NCBI GenBank assembly: GCA_041694815.1
Contig: JBGFSC010000049.1
Location: forward strand, 49,281 to 113,280
Source of the DNA: Elusimicrobiota bacterium
GTDB lineage: Bacteria > Elusimicrobiota > Elusimicrobia > UBA1565 > JACRDR01
DNA length: 64,000 bases
Reading direction: 5' to 3'
Part shown: positions 38,744-47,261 of the stretch, piece after piece
Layout of the letters: each line of letters opens with the position of its first letter
Position numbering within the stretch: position 1 is the stretch's first letter
The notes under the pieces: model-generated
Told to the model about the DNA's origin: nothing
The model's database searches: none
Seen by the model: the letters and a program-made list of their open reading frames with translations, nothing else
Translations under genes and position numbers: made by a program

Positions 38744-40213
38744 TCAACGAACCACCGCAAAGCTCCCGCTACGCCGCCTCCCTTGCGTATCCGAGATCAG
38801 GTACAGGTAAATCCCCGACGCCACCCTCTGCCCGGCGTCGTCCGTCAAATCCCAATGGCCGACCCCGGCCGGGGCGCTGATCGTCCTCACCCATCGGCCC
38901 GACATCGTGTAAATGCGCACCTCGCTGCCGGGCGTCAGCTGGTCCACCGTGAGGGCGATCCCCGCGTGGGTGTCGGCGCGCCACGGGTTTGGAAACACCC
39001 TCGCGCCGCCCAGGTCGGCCGCCAGTGACGGATGCGGGTGAGGCGACGGGGCGATCGCGAAGGACAGAATGTTCGAGCGCCCGGAAGGGTCGAATACGCT
39101 GACGCGGGCCGTCCCGCTCGAGACGATGTCGGAGGCGGGAATGCCCGCCCGTATCGTCGAAGAGCTCGCAAAATGGGTCGGCCGCGGCTCACCGTTGAAC
39201 TCCACCCGCGAATCGGTCGAAAAGCCCTGCCCGAATACGGTCAAGACGAATTCGGGCCCTCCCGCCGCCACCGAGCGGGGCTCCAGAAAGGTAAGCAGCG
39301 GGACGCTTTTTCCCGGCCCCTCAGAGGCTAAAGGCGGCTCGACGGCCGGCACGGAGGCCGTCTCGCTAGAACGCAACGGGCGGCAGCCCTCCCCGATGCC
39401 GTCGGCGCAATACTCATGCGTCGGCATCGGGGGCGTCGTTGGCGGTTGCGTTGACAGGACCACCTCGGGCGGCGGGGCGGCCTCCCCGGCGATCACCTGG
39501 GCGACGGTCCGCACCAGCGTCCCCCGCGGCTCGCGCTCCTTGAGCCAATCCAGGAACCCCGCCAAGGTGCCGGTGCTCAGGGCGAAGGGATCGCAACTCT
39601 CACAGAGCCGGTGAAGCACGAGAGGGACCCATCCGCCTCCAGCCTGCTCCGCGTCCAGGACGAGACGCTGCAACTCCCCGAGCGTCGTGTCAGGCCTGGC
39701 CGATCTGGGTGTGCGCACGACGTACGGGTTCTCCGGCGGCACGGTCTCAGCCTTGGGGCAACTCGGGCAGGCCAGGCTCCCGACGACCCGAGCGCTCGAG
39801 TAGCCGCATTCGCGGACCGTCGCTTCGGCGGCCTCGCTCGAGGCGCCGAAGGGATAGGCGAAGGAGACGGCATCGAAGCCCCAGGAGCGTAGCTGCGAAC
39901 GGTCCTCGCAGATCTCGCGCCGCCGCTCAGCCTCGGAAAGACGCGCCACGTTGAGGTGGTGCAAGGTATGCCCGGCGATCTCATGGCCCGCGGCCGAGAT
40001 CGCGCGCAGATCGGAGAGAGTAAGGTAGAGCCCGCTCGCGCCGATGCGCGCGCTGTTGACGTAAAAGGTGCCTTTAAAGCCGCGTTCCTCCAGCATCCGG
40101 GCTCCCAGGAGATGATCGGCCGTCCCGTCGTCGAAGGTGAGGCTCACCAAGGTGCGGGCCGCGGCGGGCGAGGCGAACGCGAAAATAGCCACCAGGCAAA
40201 GCGCTTCCTTCAT
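38744..40213 (-). CDS. Exported polysaccharide deacetylase (CE4) with IPT/TIG and T9SS-like C-terminal domain
   Basis: LTFDDG, HEIAGHT..H and FAYPFG motifs; RVFPNP..IYTMSG..WD......VASGIYLY..FAVVR; ATGA overlap. Confidence 0.88.
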   Translation of the reverse strand: MKEALCLVAIFAFASPAAARTLVSLTFDDGTADHLLGARMLEERGFKGTFYVNSARIGASGLYLTLSDLRAISAAGHEIAGHTLHHLNVARLSEAERRREICEDRSQLRSWGFDAVSFAYPFGASSEAAEATVRECGYSSARVVGSLACPSCPKAETVPPENPYVVRTPRSARPDTTLGELQRLVLDAEQAGGGWVPLVLHRLCESCDPFALSTGTLAGFLDWLKEREPRGTLVRTVAQVIAGEAAPPPEVVLSTQPPTTPPMPTHEYCADGIGEGCRPLRSSETASVPAVEPPLASEGPGKSVPLLTFLEPRSVAAGGPEFVLTVFGQGFSTDSRVEFNGEPRPTHFASSSTIRAGIPASDIVSSGTARVSVFDPSGRSNILSFAIAPSPHPHPSLAADLGGARVFPNPWRADTHAGIALTVDQLTPGSEVRIYTMSGRWVRTISAPAGVGHWDLTDDAGQRVASGIYLYLISDTQGRRRSGSFAVVR

Positions 40214-41121
40214 CGCTTCTGGCCCCCGCTTCCAAAGGAGAACAAGATCGAAAAGTATTGCGTCTGGCCGAGACGCCCCAAGGGCACCCATGCGTAGTCG
40301 AAGCTCTGGCCGTAGAGGTTGAGCCCGAGCCCGGCCGTGACACCGGAGAGCCCCGAGAGCTCGCGGGTCGGGTCCGTCCTATAGCCGGCGCGCAAAAAGA
40401 CAAATGAAAAGGGCGACCATTCGGCGCCGAGGCGGCCCGCCGGCAATCCCCCGCGGTCGTAAAAGCCGTCGGCGGCCAGGCGGACTCCGGCGGTGGGGTT
40501 CAAAAGTACCCCGACGCGGTAGCTGCGCGGCAGCTCGTCTCGCGCGTGGAGAAAGCGTATCCTCGAGCCGACGTTGGCGATCGCCGCCGCGACTTGCACC
40601 CGGGCGCTGATTCGGTATAGAGCCCCCGCGTCGCCGGCCGCAGCACCCGCGGACGCGTCGCCGATGCGGGCGTCGATCCACTTGACAGTCGCGCCGAAGG
40701 AAAGGGCCTTGCCGGCGCGGCGCCCATACGCGATGGAATAGGCCCCGTAATAGGAGGAAAAGCTTCCGATCTCCGCTCCGGAGGCGTCGCGCAAGGCCAT
40801 CGGCTCGGGACGCAATAATTGCACCGAGCCTCCCAGCCCGCCTCCCCGGCGGAGGGGATGGACATAACTGATGAACTCGTAGCCGACCGATTCGAGATAA
40901 CTCAGGTGCATGGCGGCCAACTGCCGCCCGGGCAGCAGCCCCAGGCCCGCCGGGTTCCAGACCGGGGCGTAGGCGTCGGCCGCCAAGGCGCTGTAAGCCC
41001 CGCCGAGGGCCGCCGGGCGGCCGCCGACCGGTATGTCCAGGAAGGAGGCGGCTTCGACGCCCGAGGCTTCGGCCCGGACCGCTAGTACGGCGAGCAGCAA
41101 GGAAAGCTTCGCGCCGCTCAT
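40210..41121 (-). CDS. PorV/PorQ-like outer membrane beta-barrel
   Basis: FLDIPVGGRPAALGGAY, WNPAGL and DYAW.P.G.LG motifs. Confidence 0.85.
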   Translation of the reverse strand: MSGAKLSLLLAVLAVRAEASGVEAASFLDIPVGGRPAALGGAYSALAADAYAPVWNPAGLGLLPGRQLAAMHLSYLESVGYEFISYVHPLRRGGGLGGSVQLLRPEPMALRDASGAEIGSFSSYYGAYSIAYGRRAGKALSFGATVKWIDARIGDASAGAAAGDAGALYRISARVQVAAAIANVGSRIRFLHARDELPRSYRVGVLLNPTAGVRLAADGFYDRGGLPAGRLGAEWSPFSFVFLRAGYRTDPTRELSGLSGVTAGLGLNLYGQSFDYAWVPLGRLGQTQYFSILFSFGSGGQKR

Positions 41122-41131
41122 ACCGGCAAGC

Positions 41132-41217
41132 ACTATAGCAGCGAGCGCGGGCTCGCCGAATAATCAGCGTGTAACCGTTCCTTGGCGGGGCGTCGTAATC
41201 CGCTTCAGATCAAATAA
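41132..41217 (-). promoter_or_regulatory. Conserved upstream element, copy 1 (PorV/CTD operon)
   Basis: TGcTATAGT -10 plus 61-nt block similar to 43795-43855. Confidence 0.6.
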
Positions 41218-41408
41218 AATCGGAGCAGCCCCGTTACGAGCGGCTCTACGGAGAGGACGAACAGCAGGGCCTTCTTGGGCTGCCTCCGGATGAATTTCCA
41301 ATGCCCCTTCATGACCCGATAAACGAATCGAGTGGAACGGACCAGGACCTCAAGCCCCTCCTTCTTCTTGGGGCGCTCTAAGTCATGGTAGTCGTCGACC
41401 ATCCTCAT
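41205..41408 (-). CDS. Small hypothetical protein
   Basis: ATGA overlap with the upstream ORF; no recognisable motif. Confidence 0.4.
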   Translation of the reverse strand: MRMVDDYHDLERPKKKEGLEVLVRSTRFVYRVMKGHWKFIRRQPKKALLFVLSVEPLVTGLLRFYLI

Positions 41409-41647
41409 CGGTAGACGGGCTTCCACCCTTGGGAGGCCAGAACCTTCAGGTAATTGCGCATGTAGGGCTCGACGTATTCGTCGGAAACGCTGCCGGCGAT
41501 CTCGGCCACGACAATGTCGTGCTTCTGCTTATCCCAATGCGCGCAGGGCTCCGGCGGGTTCTTCAGAGGCGACCTGGAAGAGGACAGAAAGACCTCCTTG
41601 AGCGTCAAATTCCGGAACTCGTAGATCTTGACGGCGTCCGAGCCCAT
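41405..41647 (-). CDS. Small hypothetical protein
   Basis: CATACT 7 nt before ATG; host-like codon use. Confidence 0.5.
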   Translation of the reverse strand: MGSDAVKIYEFRNLTLKEVFLSSSRSPLKNPPEPCAHWDKQKHDIVVAEIAGSVSDEYVEPYMRNYLKVLASQGWKPVYR

Positions 41648-41751
41648 GGCGTCCAGTATGAGGAAAACGCGCGGGAGGGTCCACTCAAATCCTGATCAAA
41701 TTTTTGTGACCTCATGAAACGGCCGGGGAAGATGACATACAATAATCCGCC

Positions 41752-42423
41752 ATGAGAGCGCTCGCGCTGATACCGGCGTTGCTGTTTTCCTCGGTAGCGG
41801 CAGCCGCCGAATTCAGGTCCACCGAGGATATGCAGTACTGGACTCCGACCTTCATCCACCTCCCGCGGCGCGGACGCCTCTCCGCTCTGCTCGAGATCAA
41901 TCCGCGCGTCCGCGGCGATCTCGGCCGCCTCAACCATCTCTTGATACGGCCGTGGCTGGGCTGGTCCGTTTCCAAGGGCGTCGTCGCGCACGCGGGATAC
42001 GCGTGGGTACGCAATGACTTGGGCGCCGTATCCCAGGAGCACAGGATCTGGCAACAGGGAACTTTCCTTAAGACCGTCATGGGCTCGACGCTGCTCGGCC
42101 GCGCGCGGCTGGAAGAGCGCTGGCTGGAAGGAGCGCGCGGCCTCTCTTGGCGCGGGCGCATCATGGGCCGCGTGGAACGGCCGATCGGCAACGGTCCTTG
42201 GTTCCTAGTAGGTTCCGACGAATTATTCCTCCATCTTCCATCGGCCCCGGGAGGCCCGGCCGAGGGATTCGATCAAAACCGCCTGTTTTTGGGCGTCGGC
42301 AGGATGCGCAGCGGCCGGCCTAAGGCGGAGTTCGGCTATCAGCATTGGAGGCTCAACCGCCCAAGCGGACCCGACAGCATATTCCACGTGCTGGTGTTGA
42401 CGACGCATTGGACGATCGATTAG
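41752..42423 (+). CDS. DUF2490-like outer membrane beta-barrel
   Basis: Signal peptide; EHRIWQQ, RARLEERW, DELF and FDQNRLFLG motifs. Confidence 0.85.
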   Translation: MRALALIPALLFSSVAAAAEFRSTEDMQYWTPTFIHLPRRGRLSALLEINPRVRGDLGRLNHLLIRPWLGWSVSKGVVAHAGYAWVRNDLGAVSQEHRIWQQGTFLKTVMGSTLLGRARLEERWLEGARGLSWRGRIMGRVERPIGNGPWFLVGSDELFLHLPSAPGGPAEGFDQNRLFLGVGRMRSGRPKAEFGYQHWRLNRPSGPDSIFHVLVLTTHWTID

Positions 42424-43328
42424 AATCTCGCGGCGAAGGAAAATCGGTGCACACGGCCGAGCTCGCCGAAAGGCGTGATCGAATAATCCAGGCTGTAGCC
42501 GTATCCCACCAAGCCGAATCCCGCGGCAAGGCCTTGGATGCCAGCGATTCCCGTGCCTCCGGGCAAGGCCGCCGCCGAGGCGTATCCGGCCCGGAACATG
42601 AATCCTCCCACCAAGGCGTATTCGGTCCCGAGATTAATTTCCGACGCCTTCGCGTACGGGCGATACCGGTAATCCAACCCGAAGATCAGACCGCCGGCCA
42701 CTTTATATCCCAGGCCCGTTGTCCACGCCAGCGGCATGGGAAAACCCTGGTCTAGAAATTTCATCCCAGGGCCGATGTTTTGAACGGCGATCCCAAGTTG
42801 CACGTCGCCCGGCCCCCACCGTCCGGCCCGATAGAGCCCGCCGAGATCGATGCCGTAGCCGTTGGCCGAGGCCTCCGCGATGCGGCTAGTCACATACCGA
42901 ATGCCGGTCCCCATCCTGAAACGCTCGGAGAGCCGAAGGCCATAGGCGAGGTCGATACTGGTGTCATGAGCGACGAAGCTGCCGTTCGGCCGGCCCATGG
43001 AATCCCGCCCCTCGATCGCCCCCTGCCCCAGTCTCCGCAAGCCGGCCGCCAGGGTACCGACTCGAGTCGGCTGGGCGTAGCCGAGGAACTGATAGCGTGT
43101 GCTCCCTAAGGTCTCGGCGTGCATGAACCCAAATTCGCGCGAGGCGATCGCCGATAGCCCCGCCGGGTTCCACGCGACGGCGCTGACATCGTCGGCCACC
43201 GCCGTGTAGGCGCCCCCCATGCCGAGCGCCCGCGCCCCTACCCCGATCTTAAGAAAGGTGGCCGACTCCTGCGACGAGGCAAAAACGGGCAGCAACAGGA
43301 GCGCGAGGACCAGCGCGAAGGCCGTCAT
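42420..43328 (-). CDS. PorV/PorQ-like outer membrane beta-barrel
   Basis: FLKIGVGARALGMGGAYTAVADD..AWNPAGL; DYS.TPFGELG..HRFS...RF; ATGA overlap. Confidence 0.88.
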   Translation of the reverse strand: MTAFALVLALLLLPVFASSQESATFLKIGVGARALGMGGAYTAVADDVSAVAWNPAGLSAIASREFGFMHAETLGSTRYQFLGYAQPTRVGTLAAGLRRLGQGAIEGRDSMGRPNGSFVAHDTSIDLAYGLRLSERFRMGTGIRYVTSRIAEASANGYGIDLGGLYRAGRWGPGDVQLGIAVQNIGPGMKFLDQGFPMPLAWTTGLGYKVAGGLIFGLDYRYRPYAKASEINLGTEYALVGGFMFRAGYASAAALPGGTGIAGIQGLAAGFGLVGYGYSLDYSITPFGELGRVHRFSFAARF

Positions 43329-43759
43329 TTGATTACCGCCACCTTTCCAGTCTTGCTGATCACGCCTTCCCCGGGCTTTTTGATCGTCACGGCATATATG
43401 TAGATCCCGGAGCCGACCCCACTGACGTCCCACTCATAGTCGTAGGTGTATTGCGGCCCTTTCCCGTTGCCGTCGTCGAACACCCGAGGCGGCGAAAATT
43501 CGGCGCTATGCACGCGATGCCCCGCCACGTCGTAGATGTTGAGCAGCGCGGTTTCCGCGAGGCCGGTCTGCAGGCGTATGGTGACCGCCTGCCCTCGCCG
43601 AGACGGATTCGGGAAAGCGTAGAGCTGGCGCAAGGAGAGGGCGGGATCGACGAAGAAGCCACCCCCTGGAGCGAGGGCGGAAGGTGACTCTCTGAGCTCA
43701 CGAGCGAAGGCGGGAGATGCCGTCGCGAGCGTCATGCACAGCGCCCAACCCAGCCTCAT
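43325..43759 (-). CDS. Signal peptide plus stand-alone T9SS-like C-terminal domain
   Basis: YAFPNP..IYDVAG..WD..GVGSGIYIY..GKVAVIK with no passenger domain. Confidence 0.8.
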   Translation of the reverse strand: MRLGWALCMTLATASPAFARELRESPSALAPGGGFFVDPALSLRQLYAFPNPSRRGQAVTIRLQTGLAETALLNIYDVAGHRVHSAEFSPPRVFDDGNGKGPQYTYDYEWDVSGVGSGIYIYAVTIKKPGEGVISKTGKVAVIK

Positions 43760-43769
43760 GGTGGCTGGA

Positions 43770-43855
43770 AATATACCAGCACGGCGCCTTTAAGCGAATA
43801 ATCGCGGTGTAACGATTCTTTGCTGGCGCGTCGTAGACGCGCTTAGGAAAAATAA
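43770..43855 (-). promoter_or_regulatory. Conserved upstream element, copy 2
   Basis: TGgTATATT -10 plus block similar to 41157-41217 at the same distance from ATG. Confidence 0.6.
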
Positions 43856-43874
43856 GAAGGAGACGACTCCGTAA

Positions 43875-44114
43875 CTACTTGGTCTTTTTAGGCGGCGTCG
43901 CCTTAGCTGCGGGGGCGGCCGGCGCGGCGGGGGCGGCGCTCTCCATCTGGGCCTGATCGCCTTTCAGCATGCACATCTTGCGCATCATGCAGCATTTGGC
44001 GGCGAAGAAACCAATCACGCCGCCAATGATCAGCATCACCAAGGCCTTCATGCCCTGGCAGACGCAGCAGCCGCAGCGAATCCCGCAACAGCCCCCTTCC
44101 TTTTTTTGTTCCAT
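43875..44114 (-). CDS. Small Cys-rich single-TM protein
   Basis: aaggagg RBS, TATAAT upstream; CCGIRCGCCVC-TM-CC...C. Confidence 0.65.
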   Translation of the reverse strand: MEQKKEGGCCGIRCGCCVCQGMKALVMLIIGGVIGFFAAKCCMMRKMCMLKGDQAQMESAAPAAPAAPAAKATPPKKTK

Positions 44115-44268
44115 GAAGCCTCCTTGTACCGCGAGTCCCATTATAACTGTTCTTCATTAGCTCGTCATAGGCCGCGATATCCCTCCACCAAGCCACCTCC
44201 CTCGTCGTTGACCACCGGCTCGGAAACCTCGTAAGATGCCGCCATGAAGGCATCGCCATAATCGGCTC

Positions 44269-45135
44269 ATGAGAAACGCCATCCTCGCTGTTTTGCTCTG
44301 CGCTTGCCCCACCTCGGCCGCCCTCGACGCGAGCCGGATGGAGGCGCTCATCGGCGTGAAGCCATCCGAGAAGGCCGGCGAGCTCAAGGTGTCGCTGCCC
44401 CAAACGGACCTGTCGGTGAACGTCGACGGGTTCCCGATCACGCCGCCCATGGGGCTCACCTCCTGGGTGGCCTTCACGAGCCATGGCGGGCATGTGATGG
44501 CCATGGGGGACCTGGTTCTTCTTGAAGACGAGGTCGGACCGGTTCAACGCGCGGCGCTTAAGGCTGGCCTGACCGTGACCGCCCTCCACAATCATTTCCT
44601 CCGTGACAAGCCGAAGGTCATGTTCATGCACGTCGGCGGCTCAGGCGAAATCGAGGAAGTCGGCGCCGCGGTCCGGGCGACGCTCGATGAGGCGCGCCGC
44701 GTCCGTTCCAAGAAACGCCTAAAGGCAAGCCAGCGCGTCGCCCGAAGCTCGTTTGATCCCTCGGAGATCGAAGGAATGCTCGGCCACAAGGGAGAACTCA
44801 AGGACGGCGTCTTCCGGGTCGTGATCGGGCGCCCGGATGTCTCTCTCAATGACATGGGCGCGCCCGTCAGCGCTTTCCTCGGCTTCAATACCTGGATGGC
44901 GTTCCAGGGCTCGAAGGGACGGGCGGCCGTGTCGGGCGATTTCGCCATGCTGGAAAACGAGGTTGACGGCGTGGTGCGCGCGCTCGCCGGGCACGGCATC
45001 GAGGTCACGGCGATCCACAATCACATGACGACCGAGAAGCCCCGCATCTTCTTCCTGCATTTCTGGGGCGCGGCGCCGGTCGCGGATCTCGCGCGCGGCC
45101 TGCGCGCGGCGCTCGACCAAACGAACAAGCGCTGA
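44269..45135 (+). CDS. DUF1259 (LppY/LpqO-like) duplicated-domain exported protein
   Basis: Two repeats of GD....E.EV....VTA.HNH...P...F.H. Confidence 0.88.
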   Translation: MRNAILAVLLCACPTSAALDASRMEALIGVKPSEKAGELKVSLPQTDLSVNVDGFPITPPMGLTSWVAFTSHGGHVMAMGDLVLLEDEVGPVQRAALKAGLTVTALHNHFLRDKPKVMFMHVGGSGEIEEVGAAVRATLDEARRVRSKKRLKASQRVARSSFDPSEIEGMLGHKGELKDGVFRVVIGRPDVSLNDMGAPVSAFLGFNTWMAFQGSKGRAAVSGDFAMLENEVDGVVRALAGHGIEVTAIHNHMTTEKPRIFFLHFWGAAPVADLARGLRAALDQTNKR

Positions 45136-45150
45136 CGCTCGATTGGAAAG

Positions 45151-45186
45151 AAAAAACCCCGGTGCTTTGCACCGGGGTTTCACTTT
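45151..45186. terminator. Intrinsic terminator downstream of the tRNA 3' end (also closes the DUF1259 gene)
   Basis: aaaccccggtgc-ttt-gcaccggggttt with A-run on the left. Confidence 0.85.
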
Positions 45187-45208
45187 CTCCGTCGAGAAAC
45201 TGCTGAAA

Positions 45209-45256
45209 TGGTTGCGGGGGCTGGATTTGAACCAGCGACCTCAAGGTTATGAGCCT
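45209..45256 (-). other. 3' half of tRNA-Met(CAT, initiator-like); att site of an integrated element
   Basis: Minus strand aggctCATaaccttgaggtcgctggttcaaatccagcccccgcaaCCA; D-arm and 5' acceptor strand absent. Confidence 0.88.
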
Positions 45257-45400
45257 CGGGTCCTCGGTTCAGGCCTCCTCCGTCGGAGGCCGCCCCTCCA
45301 TCGCCCAAGGTTGTACTGCTAACCTTGGGGCTCTGTGAGAATTATAACAGAAGGACGCCAGAATTCAAGTCAATTTTGAGTTTTTGAGAACCAGTCGTTT

Positions 45401-46462
45401 TTAGGCGGCCGGCTGGTTTAGCGTGCGTTCTAACCGACCGACCGATGCCGTGATCTCATCGAACGAAGGGGTCGCTCCGAAGATCATTCCGGACATGCGC
45501 GAATAGTCTTCTTCCAAGCCCTTGCGCATCGCCGGTGTCGGCAGCAAAGCAAAGGTTCCCGGCTTCGCGCTGGAGAGATCAAAGTCTGGCCGATTGAAGA
45601 ACATTCGGGCATGGCGGACGCATTCCGAGGCCAGCGGTAGATTGCCCGCGATCGCCTCGGCGTTCTTTCCGGCAAGCAAGCAATGCACGTCGTAATAGTG
45701 GCGGGAGACTCGCTGCCCCTCCTGCCGCAACTCGCCGCGAATCTCGAACCACCGGCGCAGGCCGTGAAGGATGACCACCTTATCCCAAAATGTGCGCGCC
45801 GGCTCGATCGTCCTGACGCCTTTGATGCCGAGCTGCTTCCCCGGCGCGTCAGCCGCAACGAAAGGCGATATAGTCGCCGCCACGTTCGGGTCCAGTGCCG
45901 ACTTGGCGCCGGATTCGATCTTGATGGAGGGATGCACATAGGAGTCACCCGTCGTTACGGCGCTCGGGTATCGCACGAGTAGCGTTTGTCCATCTGGATC
46001 GGAATCATCGAGCAGCACGCCTGTGTCACCAGCGCCAATGCCGGCGGCCTTCATCGTCTCGGCGAGAACGCCTTGGAGTTGAGGCTGGAGAATATCCTTG
46101 ATGTAATGTTGGCAGCCGTCCTTGATGGCGTCAAGCCAGGCCTGGCGTTTCTTGCCGGTCAGCTTTCCGAGTTCTTCGGGGGAAGATGATAGGCCCAGAT
46201 CGGCCCGGAACACGGTAATATCAATGTCCTCTGAAAAACGCTGGATCAGCCCGAACGCCTTGGAAAGGGAAGTCCCGCCCTTGAAGAGCAATCGGGGGCC
46301 GCCGGGAGCTAATTGATGAAACAGCGCATCGAGAGTCCAGCACGCCCAAAAATCCTTTTCTACATTCTGTTCCGTGGTGCCGATCCGCCTGGCCGTCGCC
46401 GCAAAGAGCCCGCGCCGCTCGTCTTTGGACGCCGCAAGGATACCCGCATAGCCGGCATTCAT
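45401..46462 (-). CDS. AbiEii/AbiGii-type nucleotidyltransferase toxin
   Basis: VEKDFW, FKGGTSLSK, RFSEDID, RTFWDK and SRHYYD motifs. Confidence 0.92.
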   Translation of the reverse strand: MNAGYAGILAASKDERRGLFAATARRIGTTEQNVEKDFWACWTLDALFHQLAPGGPRLLFKGGTSLSKAFGLIQRFSEDIDITVFRADLGLSSSPEELGKLTGKKRQAWLDAIKDGCQHYIKDILQPQLQGVLAETMKAAGIGAGDTGVLLDDSDPDGQTLLVRYPSAVTTGDSYVHPSIKIESGAKSALDPNVAATISPFVAADAPGKQLGIKGVRTIEPARTFWDKVVILHGLRRWFEIRGELRQEGQRVSRHYYDVHCLLAGKNAEAIAGNLPLASECVRHARMFFNRPDFDLSSAKPGTFALLPTPAMRKGLEEDYSRMSGMIFGATPSFDEITASVGRLERTLNQPAA

Positions 46463-47166
46463 CGACGAACCCGCAACATGCGCTTGGCGGCGCGCGGCTG
46501 GCGGTCTTCTTGCCGCGTCGACGCTCCTAAATCTAAGAGTTCGCGAACGACCGATTGCATCCAGCTCGGGAGAGTAGGAAGACCCGTGAGCAAGTCGCCG
46601 CGGAGTTCGGCGCCGTGCGATGGATCGCCGATATTACGCCGAAGCCGTTTAATGATCGCCGTACGCTCGGGACCCAAGATATCCTGGAGCCAATAGAGCG
46701 CCTGGACGATGCGCATTGCCGGACGGCCCGCCCAATAGAGCCGGCTGGGAGCCGCTTCCCGAAACTGGATATGTTGCTTTCCTAGACGAATCGGCCGCAG
46801 GCGCGCATCAGTCAGCACCGTGATGCGAGCAGGTACGGCGGTCGTCAATCCCAGATCGTTGGCGGCGGTGAGACCGTCAATGAGGACACGAGCCTGGTCG
46901 CGCCGGCCCACGGCGTCGATTACCGCCGCATGCCCCGGTGCCACCGTAACGCCGGTGAGTGTATTGATTTTAGGGAGATAGTAGAGTCCTCGGTCAAGGC
47001 GCGCCAGCACCTTGTCACTGGTCAGCCGCTGTAGTGCCTTATCTACGGCCGCACGGGGAGCGATGTCGAGAAAATCGATGGGCGTCCAAACAAATGCTGG
47101 GCGTGCCTTGATCCGGCCAAGGATATGCGATTTCAAGCCCAGGGCGGGTCCGCGAGTTGCTGGCAT
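46459..47166 (-). CDS. AbiEi-type antitoxin (DUF6088-like)
   Basis: DFLD...RAAVDKALQRL..RLDRGLY and ANDLGLTT.VPA motifs; TGgTATATT 8 nt before ATG; ATGA overlap with toxin. Confidence 0.85.
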   Translation of the reverse strand: MPATRGPALGLKSHILGRIKARPAFVWTPIDFLDIAPRAAVDKALQRLTSDKVLARLDRGLYYLPKINTLTGVTVAPGHAAVIDAVGRRDQARVLIDGLTAANDLGLTTAVPARITVLTDARLRPIRLGKQHIQFREAAPSRLYWAGRPAMRIVQALYWLQDILGPERTAIIKRLRRNIGDPSHGAELRGDLLTGLPTLPSWMQSVVRELLDLGASTRQEDRQPRAAKRMLRVRR

Positions 47167-47261
47167 CTGTCCGCAATATACCACATATTTCGGACAATAG
47201 CCAGGTGCTATTATTATGCTAGAAACTATGGCCTCTTTTTCTAACACAACCAAAGGCCGGC

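Noticed and set aside
35778..43759. Complete canonical type IX secretion system
   Set aside because: No PorK/L/M/N, SprA or PorU homolog is recognisable; only PorV-like barrels and CTD-like domains are supported.
45209..45290. Complete tRNA-Met gene
   Set aside because: Similarity ends in the anticodon stem; there is no D-arm or 5' acceptor strand, so it is treated as an att remnant.
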